Origin: an uncultured Acidobacteriaceae bacterium
Lineage (GTDB): Bacteria > Acidobacteriota > Terriglobia > Bryobacterales > Bryobacteraceae
Direction of reading: 5' to 3'
Length of the DNA stretch: 64,000 nucleotides
Assembly: GCA_963762495.1 (NCBI GenBank)
Contig: CAVXKZ010000008.1
Location: 121,204-185,203, forward strand
The position numbers and the translations under genes are program-made. How positions within the stretch are numbered: the stretch's first letter is position 1; every line of letters starts with the position of its first letter. The notes beneath the pieces were generated by a model that was given only the letters and a program-made list of their open reading frames with translations, did not search any database and was not told the DNA's origin. This document shows, one piece after another, positions 17,536 through 25,320 of this stretch.

Positions 17536-17639
17536 GCAGCTTAGAAGAGTCGCACTATAGAAGCGAAACAAGATGAGAATTCAAAGCGATATTGTAGGAG
17601 CGCCAAATAGCGCCGGAAATGCGCAGCCGGTAGATCGTA

Positions 17640-17858
17640 ATGCTCGAATCGCGATCTCCAGGTGAGACTACCAGCGGAGATACAGATATTGTTAACCTTT
17701 CGGCGGCTAGCTATCTGCTGGCGCAGGCGAAGGCCCTTCCCAGTTCGTCCCGACAAACAAATATAGACGCTATCGCAGCGCAGGTCCGCGGCGGCACTTA
17801 CAGCGCGGACATTGGCCAACTCACAAAATCTCTAGTCCAAGATCACATTCAAAGCTAA
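17640..17858 (+). CDS. flgM: Anti-sigma-28 factor FlgM (the N-terminus may lie upstream in another frame)
   Basis: 72 aa. VNLSAASYLL...IDAIAAQVRGGTYSADIGQLTKSLV matches the FlgM C-terminal sigma-28-binding region. Confidence 0.7.
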   Translation: MLESRSPGETTSGDTDIVNLSAASYLLAQAKALPSSSRQTNIDAIAAQVRGGTYSADIGQLTKSLVQDHIQS

Positions 17859-17863
17859 CGCAG

Positions 17864-18229
17864 ATGCGCTTCATGACAGTTGCGGAGATAGAAAGATCTC
17901 TGTCCGAGATCGATCGGCAGCTTCAAACCGCGATCGACGAAGTGGTTCACGATCGGGGAGACTGCAATTGGCGGCCGGTTCTTGAAAACGCCGCTGATCT
18001 GATGCTCAAACTAAGGGCCGGCTGCGATGCGCTTCCGGATAACGCTTCCGTCAAAGAGCTGCTTAAGAAAGTTTCGCGGCAAACGCGGACTGTGAGTGAA
18101 TTGCTGGAACGGGCCGCCATGTTTTACTGCGGGTCCACCTCTTGGGCGTGCCGTGTCTCCGGTGAGTATGCAAGAAGCGGGCTGATACAGCGGCTGCCGA
18201 ACGAGGCCACTGTGCAGCTCAGGGCATAG
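17864..18229 (+). CDS. Hypothetical helical protein in the flgN position (between flgM and flgK)
   Basis: 121-aa ORF starting 6 nt after the flgM stop. Assignment rests on gene order only; I recognise no motif. Confidence 0.45.
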   Translation: MRFMTVAEIERSLSEIDRQLQTAIDEVVHDRGDCNWRPVLENAADLMLKLRAGCDALPDNASVKELLKKVSRQTRTVSELLERAAMFYCGSTSWACRVSGEYARSGLIQRLPNEATVQLRA

Positions 18230-18239
18230 GGAGGCGAAA

Positions 18240-19670
18240 GTGGGTACTCTATTCGCAGCGCTAGGAACGGCATCGAACGCCTTGGATGTATTGCAGAAGG
18301 CGATCGGCGTCACTCAAAACAACGTTTCGAACGCGACAACGCCGGGCTACGTCACGCAAACGCTCAACTTCAGCGCCAGTCCCTTCGCTCCCACGGAGAA
18401 CCTCTGGGGAGGCGTGCAAGCGGCCGGCGTCCAGAACTCGCGGGACGTCTACGCGGAACAGGCGGTTTGGAGCGCGAACGAACAGGCTGGCGCCGCCACG
18501 CAGGAATCCTCGAGCCTTTCGTTGCTCCAGGGTCAATTCGATGTCTCAGGCAAAACCGGCATACCGAGCGCTCTTTCGGGATTATATTCGGCGTTCTCCG
18601 CCTGGAACTCGAACCCGACCGATGCCACCGCGCAGCAGCAAGTCCTCACGGCCGCTCAGGGAGTCGCTCAAGTCTTCAATCAGACCGCCTCGAGTATTGC
18701 CGGAATCCGCTCGCAGACAGATCAAAGCATTGAAAGTACTGTCACGCAAATTAATCAGCTCACAACCCAGATCGCCTCGATCAACTCTCAGATTCGAGGG
18801 GAAGGGTCCAGTGATGCCGGCGCGAGCGCGCAACTGTATTCCAGTCTAGAGCAACTTTCTAACCTCGTTCCGATTCAAGTTCAGAACGAGAGTGACGGTA
18901 CGGTGACTGTGCTGCTCGGGGGCCAGGCGCCCCTGGTAATTGGAGAAACGCAGCAACCGCTCGCAGTTAGTTTCACGAATCCTCCAAACTCCGTAAACCC
19001 GAATGCCGCGCCGGACGCGCAGATCCTGTCCTCCAGCGGTCAGGATGTAACAGCGCTCGTGAATCAAGGGCAGCTCGGTGGTCTGCTACAGGTTCGGAAC
19101 ACGACTATCCCTTCTCTCATTGGCGACGGAAAGCAGCAAGGAAGTCTGAACCAGCTCGCCCAGGGGATAGCCGACCGCGTAAACGGGCTCCTGACTTCCG
19201 GCCAGACCTCGTCCGGAACGGCGGGCGTTTCACTGTTCACTTATGGCAGCGGTTCGCCGACCTCGGTTGCCGCATCCTTGGGCACTACTAATATCACCGG
19301 CTCGCAGCTTGCAGCGGTCGATCCGGGACCTCCTTCAGTTGCGAACGGAATCGCGAGTGATCTGGCGCAGCTTGCCAATCCGCAAAACTCTGCCGATATG
19401 ATCAACGGCCAGAGCTACACGGATTATTACGGCACAATCGCCAGCAACGTCGGTGATCAGGCGGCCAGCGCTTCGTCCGCGCAACAACTGCAAGCCCAGT
19501 CGCTATCGCAGGCGCAGAATATGCGAGCGCAGATCTCAGGCGTATCGCTGAATCAGCAAGCAGCTCAGCTTTTGCAGTTTCAGAATGCCTATCAAGCCGC
19601 CGCCCAGGTGATTTCGGTCATAAATAGCACCAACCAATACTTCATGACCGCCATGCAGCAGGTTCAGTAA
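18240..19670 (+). CDS. flgK: Hook-associated protein 1 FlgK
   Basis: 476 aa, GTG start. N-terminal ...AIGVTQNNVSNATTPGYVTQ and C-terminal SGVSLNQQAAQLLQFQNAYQAAAQVISV. Confidence 0.9.
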   Translation: MGTLFAALGTASNALDVLQKAIGVTQNNVSNATTPGYVTQTLNFSASPFAPTENLWGGVQAAGVQNSRDVYAEQAVWSANEQAGAATQESSSLSLLQGQFDVSGKTGIPSALSGLYSAFSAWNSNPTDATAQQQVLTAAQGVAQVFNQTASSIAGIRSQTDQSIESTVTQINQLTTQIASINSQIRGEGSSDAGASAQLYSSLEQLSNLVPIQVQNESDGTVTVLLGGQAPLVIGETQQPLAVSFTNPPNSVNPNAAPDAQILSSSGQDVTALVNQGQLGGLLQVRNTTIPSLIGDGKQQGSLNQLAQGIADRVNGLLTSGQTSSGTAGVSLFTYGSGSPTSVAASLGTTNITGSQLAAVDPGPPSVANGIASDLAQLANPQNSADMINGQSYTDYYGTIASNVGDQAASASSAQQLQAQSLSQAQNMRAQISGVSLNQQAAQLLQFQNAYQAAAQVISVINSTNQYFMTAMQQVQ

Positions 19671-19688
19671 TTAATCGGGAGAATAACA

Positions 19689-20609
19689 ATGCTAGCGGGA
19701 TTGGATGCTTACAATGGCAGTTTTTTAGCGGATCTCGCCAATATTGAAACGAACTTAGGCCGCGAGAACCAGCAGATCAGTTCCGGTGTGCGCGTCAGCC
19801 AACCCTCCGACGGTCCAGGCGCGATCAACAGTATCCTGGATTATCAGGATTCAATCGACCAGCTTACTCAGGAGCAAACAAATCTCGGGCTAGCCACAAC
19901 CAATGCAACGGCTGCCGACGGTGCGCTGCAATCGGCGTCCACCCTGATGGACCAGCTTGTCTCTTTGGGCTCTCAAGGCGCCAGCAGCACGGCTACCGCG
20001 GCCACCCGCTCGACTCTCGCCGAGCGGGTGCAGGGTATCGAGTCGCAGATGGTTTCTCTTGCGAATACGACGATTCAGGGCCGCTTCATTTTCGGCGGCG
20101 ACGATCCTCAAACCCAGCCATACACCTTCAATTGGAGCTCCCCGGAAGGCGTGGTCCAGAATTCGACGCCCACGAATACCGGTACCCTGCAAAACCTGCA
20201 AGGTGGTTCAATCGTGCCGCGCATGACCGCGCAGCAGATTTTTGACGCTCGGAACCCGGATGGCACGCCAGCCTCCGGCAATGTGTTCAACGCCATCTAT
20301 ACTTTGGGCCAAGCACTTCAGAATAACGATCAAACCGGTATCCAAACGGCGATCACATCGCTTCAATCCGGCGTGGCGCAAATTGGCCAAGCTACCACCT
20401 TCTATGGAAGCGTGGAAAACTGGATCCAGGATTCCCAGCAAACCGCGACACAGGATAGCAGTAATCTGCAGCAGGCACTTAGCAACATAAGAGACACAGA
20501 TGTCGTCGCCGTTGCTACCCAGATGACAACTGATCAAACCGCGCTCCAGGCTGCCCTCGCGGCGCATGGTAGCCTCACCGTCAAATCTTTATTTAGTTAT
20601 CTCGGGTAA
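19689..20609 (+). CDS. flgL: Hook-associated protein 3 FlgL
   Basis: 306 aa. Flagellin-like N- and C-terminal helices (...ISSGVRVSQPSDGP..., ...IRDTDVVAVATQMTTDQTALQAALAA). Follows flgK. Confidence 0.85.
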   Translation: MLAGLDAYNGSFLADLANIETNLGRENQQISSGVRVSQPSDGPGAINSILDYQDSIDQLTQEQTNLGLATTNATAADGALQSASTLMDQLVSLGSQGASSTATAATRSTLAERVQGIESQMVSLANTTIQGRFIFGGDDPQTQPYTFNWSSPEGVVQNSTPTNTGTLQNLQGGSIVPRMTAQQIFDARNPDGTPASGNVFNAIYTLGQALQNNDQTGIQTAITSLQSGVAQIGQATTFYGSVENWIQDSQQTATQDSSNLQQALSNIRDTDVVAVATQMTTDQTALQAALAAHGSLTVKSLFSYLG

Positions 20610-20679
20610 TTCCGTAGCAATGCATAAAACAAAGGGCGTCGGTATATTTTCAGGTTCTACGCAAAAAAACCTAGAGCTT

Positions 20680-20694
20680 CGGCCCCAAAGTTGC
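20680..20694 (+). promoter_or_regulatory. Candidate sigma-54 (-24/-12) promoter for fliC
   Basis: CGGCCC-CAAAG-TTGC with exact GG-N10-GC spacing, 69 nt upstream of the fliC ATG (AGGA Shine-Dalgarno at 20753). Confidence 0.35.
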
Positions 20695-20763
20695 GAAATG
20701 ATTCTTAGAGCCGAACGAGAGCCGAAAGGCATCGGCGGTCAAGCTCAGCAATAGGACAAACAA

Positions 20764-22269
20764 ATGATTTCACTGCAGACAAACGTCGACTCGCTTACTG
20801 CTCAGGATAATCTGAACACTAACAACAAATTTCAGAGCACCGCGATTCAGCAGCTCACGTCAGGCTACCGCATCAATAGTAGCGGTGACGATGCCGCCGG
20901 CCTCGCGGTTGCTAACGGCTATCGTAATGATGTTGCCGAACTAACTCAGGGCGTAAGCAACGCCGACAACGGAGTCAACCAGCTCCAGATCATAGACGGC
21001 GGGTTGAGCAACATCTCAACCGTCCTTGATCAGTTGAAAACCCTGGCCACCGAATCCGCATCCAATACCTTCACTGGCAGCAGAGCAACCCTGGATCAGG
21101 AATACCAGACGCTCGTGTCGGAAATCACGCGCCAAGCGTCTAATATCAACCTCAATGCCGGCGGTAGTTTCAATAATGCGCTGTCCACTTATATCGGCGG
21201 CGCGAACAACGCCTCGAACGCAACGATCAACGTAGACCTAAGTGGATCGAATAGTGCCGTGGACGCCGTGAGCCTCGGGTTGGCGACGACCAATGTACTG
21301 GGCAGCGGTGTAACGCTCAGCGGCAATACGCAACGGTTAGACGCACCGGGCGCGACCTTTGTAACCGGAACTGCCGGCACTAATGATCAGTCATTTACCT
21401 TCAATGTTTTTTCGAACGGCAGCGCGCAGACGATCACCGCTAAAGTAACGGCCAGCGCCGGTGGATCGACTGAAGCCCAAGTACTCAGCCAACTCAACCT
21501 TCAATTGAATCAATACGGCATCACAGCGGGTGTGAATAGCAGTGGAGTGCTGCAGTTCAGCGGCGCTTCGGCGTTCAGTGCGCTGGGCGGCTCCATTGGT
21601 GCCGTCACCAAGGCGATCACCAGCGCCGGCGCCGAAACTGTGGAAAATACCTCCAACTATCTTCAAGATGGCCAGACGACGTACGCAGCCCCGGCCGCCA
21701 ATGAAACTGAGACGCTGCAATTCCAGAGTGCCAATGGCAACGTATCGGTAGCGATCGCCGCCGGCACTTCGCTCGCAACCGCTATCTCGACAATCAACAC
21801 GCAAACCGCGGCTTTGGGCGTTCACGCGATCCTAAACAGCGCCGGAACGGGTATTTCCTTCCAAAGCGCAAACAGCTTTTCGATCAATGATTCTCAAGCT
21901 GGAACTGGAACGGCCGCTGCCGCCGTATTCGGTACGACTTCCGGTTATTACACGAGCACGGCCCCAACCAGTTCCACCACCACCAACGCTAACGCCGCCA
22001 TTACGGCGATTAATTCCGCCATTCAGTCGCTCGGTCTCGTTCAGGGCCGCGTCGGCACCGGTGAGAACACGCTGCAGTACGCCATCAACCTGGCCAACTC
22101 GCAGATCAGCAATTTGTCGGCTTCCGAGAGCTCGATTCGCGACGCTGACGTTGCGAAATCGGCTGCCAATCTGACCAAGGCGCAAGTCTTGGTGCAGACC
22201 TCCGTGGCGGCGCTGGCCCAGGCCAACTCAGAGCCCCAGGCAGTCTTGAAACTGCTGCAAAACTTGTAA
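20764..22269 (+). CDS. fliC: Flagellin
   Basis: 501 aa. Conserved N-terminus (LTSGYRINSSGDDAAGLAVANGYR) and C-terminus (IRDADVAKSAANLTKAQVLVQTSVAALAQAN). Long Ser/Thr/Ala/Gly/Asn-rich central region. Confidence 0.95.
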   Translation: MISLQTNVDSLTAQDNLNTNNKFQSTAIQQLTSGYRINSSGDDAAGLAVANGYRNDVAELTQGVSNADNGVNQLQIIDGGLSNISTVLDQLKTLATESASNTFTGSRATLDQEYQTLVSEITRQASNINLNAGGSFNNALSTYIGGANNASNATINVDLSGSNSAVDAVSLGLATTNVLGSGVTLSGNTQRLDAPGATFVTGTAGTNDQSFTFNVFSNGSAQTITAKVTASAGGSTEAQVLSQLNLQLNQYGITAGVNSSGVLQFSGASAFSALGGSIGAVTKAITSAGAETVENTSNYLQDGQTTYAAPAANETETLQFQSANGNVSVAIAAGTSLATAISTINTQTAALGVHAILNSAGTGISFQSANSFSINDSQAGTGTAAAAVFGTTSGYYTSTAPTSSTTTNANAAITAINSAIQSLGLVQGRVGTGENTLQYAINLANSQISNLSASESSIRDADVAKSAANLTKAQVLVQTSVAALAQANSEPQAVLKLLQNL

Positions 22270-22297
22270 TCCTGAAACCACCAGAGACAAGAAAGGC

Positions 22298-22327
22298 GTG
22301 CAGGTCGCTCGTTGGAGCGACCTGCAC
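22298..22327 (+). terminator. Strong hairpin after fliC (terminator/attenuator or 3'-end stabiliser)
   Basis: Perfect 13-bp stem GTGCAGGTCGCTC / GAGCGACCTGCAC with GTTG loop, followed by GATTTAGCCGTTT. Ends 13 nt before the fliD ATG. Confidence 0.6.
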
Positions 22328-22340
22328 GATTTAGCCGTTT

Positions 22341-23705
22341 ATGGGTACCACTGCAGTCACGCCTTCGAGCTTCACCGGAAACAGCTCCTTTTCCAGCGAT
22401 CTTCAGCAGGTGATTACGCGCGCCGTGGGAATCGCCTCGCTGCCCTTGCAACAGTTGCAGACCCAGCAGAGCCAAGTCACGGCCGAGCAGAACGAGCTGC
22501 AGACCGTATCCTCCCAGTTCACGAGTCTGCAAACTGCGCTCGACGGGGTCAACAGTGCCCTCGGTTTAGGATCATATGGAGCAGTCGTAAGCAATCAGTC
22601 GGTGCTGAGCGCCGCCGTCTCGGCGGGAGTTAGCGCTGGCTCCTATACGGTCTCAGTCGATAACATCGGCTCCCAAACCAACACGCTCAGTAACAACGGG
22701 CTTCCTACTGTTACCGACCCCTCCAGTCAAAACATCGACACCAGCTCCGCCTACAGTTTGACAGTAGATAGTCAATCCTTTCAGATCACTGATTCCGGGG
22801 ACTCCCTGAACGGCCTGGCGCAAGCGATCAACGCGAGCGGCGCGAATGTGCAAGCCACAGTAGTGAACGTTGGCAGCGGTTCCAGTCCGGATTATCGTCT
22901 TTCCGTCCAAAGCTTGAATTATGCGCCCGATACCATTCAGCTCTCTGACGGGACCAACAACCTTCTCCAAACGCTCAGCGGTGGATCATATGTCACTTAT
23001 CAAGTGGACGGCCAGCCGTCAACTCCAATAAACTCCAGTTCGCGGACGCTGACAATCTCGCCGGGGCTGTCCGTCAATGCAACAGCGGCCGGAACCGCTA
23101 CGGTTACGGTTTCACAGAGTGGCGCGAGCATCAGTGCTGCTCTGAATAGCTTTGCGTCTGGTTATAACACCATCGTCGACGAGCTGGCCAAGTCGCGCGG
23201 TCAGGGTGGCGGCCCTTTAACGGGACAAAGCATCATCTATACCTTGAGCAGCGCTCTCGACAACGTTGTCAATTTCAATTCGGGCTCGGGTACCGTTCAG
23301 TCACTCTCAGACCTTGGCCTGACTTTCGATCAAACCGGGCACCTTCAGTTCGATCCGAGCACCTTTGACCAAATTTCGAGTACCTCGCTCAATGGCGTTC
23401 TCAATTTTCTCGGCACTGAATCGGGTGGTGGATTCCTGCAAGCTGCCAATGATCTTCTGACAAGTGTTACCGATCCCACCACCGGCCAGTTGCCCCAAGA
23501 AACGCAGTCCCTGAGTTCAGAGGCTTCCGATTTGACCCAGAAGGTCAACCAAGATCAAACTCATATCAATCTGCTTCAGCAGACCCTAACTCAGCAAATG
23601 GCATCAGCCGACGCGACCATTTCGAGTCTCGAGCAGCAGGTCAATGAAGTTACCAATCTCTTCAGCGCCATGCAAACGGAGTCCCGTGCCAATAGCGGCG
23701 GCTGA
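22341..23705 (+). CDS. fliD: Filament cap protein FliD
   Basis: 454 aa. N-terminal coiled region (...LQQLQTQQSQVTAEQNELQTVSSQFTSLQTAL) and C-terminal coiled coil. Follows fliC. Confidence 0.9.
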   Translation: MGTTAVTPSSFTGNSSFSSDLQQVITRAVGIASLPLQQLQTQQSQVTAEQNELQTVSSQFTSLQTALDGVNSALGLGSYGAVVSNQSVLSAAVSAGVSAGSYTVSVDNIGSQTNTLSNNGLPTVTDPSSQNIDTSSAYSLTVDSQSFQITDSGDSLNGLAQAINASGANVQATVVNVGSGSSPDYRLSVQSLNYAPDTIQLSDGTNNLLQTLSGGSYVTYQVDGQPSTPINSSSRTLTISPGLSVNATAAGTATVTVSQSGASISAALNSFASGYNTIVDELAKSRGQGGGPLTGQSIIYTLSSALDNVVNFNSGSGTVQSLSDLGLTFDQTGHLQFDPSTFDQISSTSLNGVLNFLGTESGGGFLQAANDLLTSVTDPTTGQLPQETQSLSSEASDLTQKVNQDQTHINLLQQTLTQQMASADATISSLEQQVNEVTNLFSAMQTESRANSGG

Positions 23706-23988
23706 TCCGGGGCGCGCTCTGCTTGAGTCCCTCGAAACAGGCGACTTTGAGTCCGCTCAACATATAGTCGGCCAGTACGGCGATTCCGTCAGCTCTGGCC
23801 TGCGAGCGGCCATTGACGAGCAGAGCCGCCAATTCATTTTCAGCTCCGCCATTTCCACGCTCAAACACGCCCTCACAGTCGCTCGCGCGACGCGCTCGCA
23901 CGTCGCCTTTCGGTTATCCACGCTGCAGCGGGAATCGGCCTATCAGGCGCACCTCCGCAAGCAGAACGGCTGGTTCATAGACTGCTAG
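23644..23988 (+). CDS. Hypothetical small helical protein after fliD (fliT-like position; start uncertain)
   Basis: 114-aa ORF overlapping the fliD 3' end by 62 nt. An in-frame GTG at 23686 would cut the overlap to 20 nt. I recognise no motif. Confidence 0.35.
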   Translation: MKLPISSAPCKRSPVPIAAADPGRALLESLETGDFESAQHIVGQYGDSVSSGLRAAIDEQSRQFIFSSAISTLKHALTVARATRSHVAFRLSTLQRESAYQAHLRKQNGWFIDC

Positions 23989-24067
23989 CGCCGTGCTGTT
24001 CGCGCCTAGTGCTGTCGGAAAATTGACGCGAGAACCGCCCGCGCTACTCTGATCAACAACTTGCGGG

Positions 24068-24083
24068 TGGCAAGCCACGTGCA
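24068..24083 (+). promoter_or_regulatory. Candidate sigma-54 (-24/-12) promoter for flgBC-fliE(-fliF...)
   Basis: TGGCAA-GCCAC-GTGCA with correct spacing. The -12 GC lies 18 nt before the flgB ATG. Confidence 0.35.
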
Positions 24084-24100
24084 TACCGTCCTTCGTAGGT

Positions 24101-24442
24101 ATGCTCAACGCAATCGCGCAACAACTGGATCGCTACATGAGTCTTCTGAGCGCTCGTCAGACCCTCGTTGCCTCGAATATCGCGAATGCCGACACTCCCG
24201 GATTTAAGACTAAGGATATTGACTTCCAGTCGGAGCTCTCTAATGCCATCACCGGCTCAGGTCCGATGGTCCAAGACGTGCCGGGACTGACGGATAAGAA
24301 CGACGGCAACAACGTCGACCTGGATCGCGAGTCCCGGTTACTGGCTGAAAACGATCTTCACTTTAGCGTGGCCTCGAACCTTCTGCGCTCCCAACTCAAA
24401 ATCATACGAATGGCGATCGACGGAGGCAGCCAGGCATCATGA
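24101..24442 (+). CDS. flgB: Proximal rod protein FlgB
   Basis: 113 aa. ...LVASNIANADTPGFKTKDIDF motif. Confidence 0.9.
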   Translation: MLNAIAQQLDRYMSLLSARQTLVASNIANADTPGFKTKDIDFQSELSNAITGSGPMVQDVPGLTDKNDGNNVDLDRESRLLAENDLHFSVASNLLRSQLKIIRMAIDGGSQAS

Positions 24443-24876
24443 GCCTCTTTTCTTCCATTTCCGTCAGCGCCTCCGGTCTTTCCGCGCAGCGGGAACGCGC
24501 CCAGATTCTGGTCGAAAACATCGCGAACGCCGATACTACCAGAACGGCAGAGGGCGGTCCGTATAAGCGGCGTGACGTCGTATTCGAAAGCCAGAACGTC
24601 TCATCGCCGTTCTCCTCGCTCATCGATTCACAGTTAGCTTCCGATAGTACCGGGGTCGCCGTCAGTCAAGTCACTGTGGACGCAAGCGAGCCGGAGCGCC
24701 GCTATCTCCCCGGGCATCCTGACGCCGACAAGGACGGGTATGTGTCCATCCCAAAAGTAAACCCGGCCGAAGACATGGTGGATCTGCTGAGCGCCTCGCG
24801 CTCCTATCAGGCGAACGTGTCCGCTATTTCCGCTGTCAAGGACATGATTCAGAGATCGATTGATTTGTTCCACTAG
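24439..24876 (+). CDS. flgC: Proximal rod protein FlgC
   Basis: 145 aa. ATGA overlap with flgB. ...ILVENIANADTTRT... and C-terminal VDLLSASRSYQANVSAISAVKDM. Confidence 0.95.
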   Translation: MSLFSSISVSASGLSAQRERAQILVENIANADTTRTAEGGPYKRRDVVFESQNVSSPFSSLIDSQLASDSTGVAVSQVTVDASEPERRYLPGHPDADKDGYVSIPKVNPAEDMVDLLSASRSYQANVSAISAVKDMIQRSIDLFH

Positions 24877-24897
24877 TGATCTCTTCCGATAAATATT

Positions 24898-25194
24898 ATG
24901 CTGGCTCCTATCTCTCCCGCCGGTCTCATGTCCGGATTGAACATCGCTCAGGCGAAAGAAGTTCAGCCGTCCGGAACAGCGTTTCAGCAGGTGCTCCAAA
25001 CCGCCGTCCAAAATGTGGAGTCGACTAGCGCCAATGCCAACCAAGCCGTAACGAATTTTCTGTCCGGAGGGCCGCAGGAACTGCATTCGACAATCCTTGC
25101 CGTGCAAAACGCTGAATTGCAGTTCGACCTGTTTATGCAGGCCCGCAACAAAGTCGTCTCGGCCTACGAGGAAATCATGCGGATGCAGGTCTAG
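24898..25194 (+). CDS. fliE: Hook-basal body complex protein FliE
   Basis: 98 aa. ...LHSTILAVQNAELQFDLFMQARNKVVSAYEEIMRMQV. Confidence 0.85.
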   Translation: MLAPISPAGLMSGLNIAQAKEVQPSGTAFQQVLQTAVQNVESTSANANQAVTNFLSGGPQELHSTILAVQNAELQFDLFMQARNKVVSAYEEIMRMQV

Positions 25195-25320
25195 TGCCTA
25201 GTTGCAGAAATTCGCGTATGGCGGCTGGCTTACGTCGCCTGACAAAACCGCGACCGTCAGGGAGCGGCATGCATACGCTTTTTTTAGCAACTCAGTATTA
25301 GCTCGCGCGCGAATAGCACG

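Noticed and set aside
18286-18849. 187-aa plus-strand ORF inside flgK.
   Set aside because: It is an alternative frame of flgK, Arg/Ser/Pro-rich, with no support.
20686-20728. Sigma-28 promoter for fliC (CAAAGTTG, GCCGAACG, GCCGAAAG).
   Set aside because: The -10-like boxes match only 5-6 of 8 positions. The spacing to any TAAA-like element is wrong (20 nt or less than 13 nt). The sigma-54-type motif fits better.
25195-25320. Promoter or terminator in the 126-nt fliE-fliF gap.
   Set aside because: I found no GG-N10-GC motif with correct spacing and no CGATAA box. The GCATGC...TTTTTTT segment has no convincing stem. Left unassigned.
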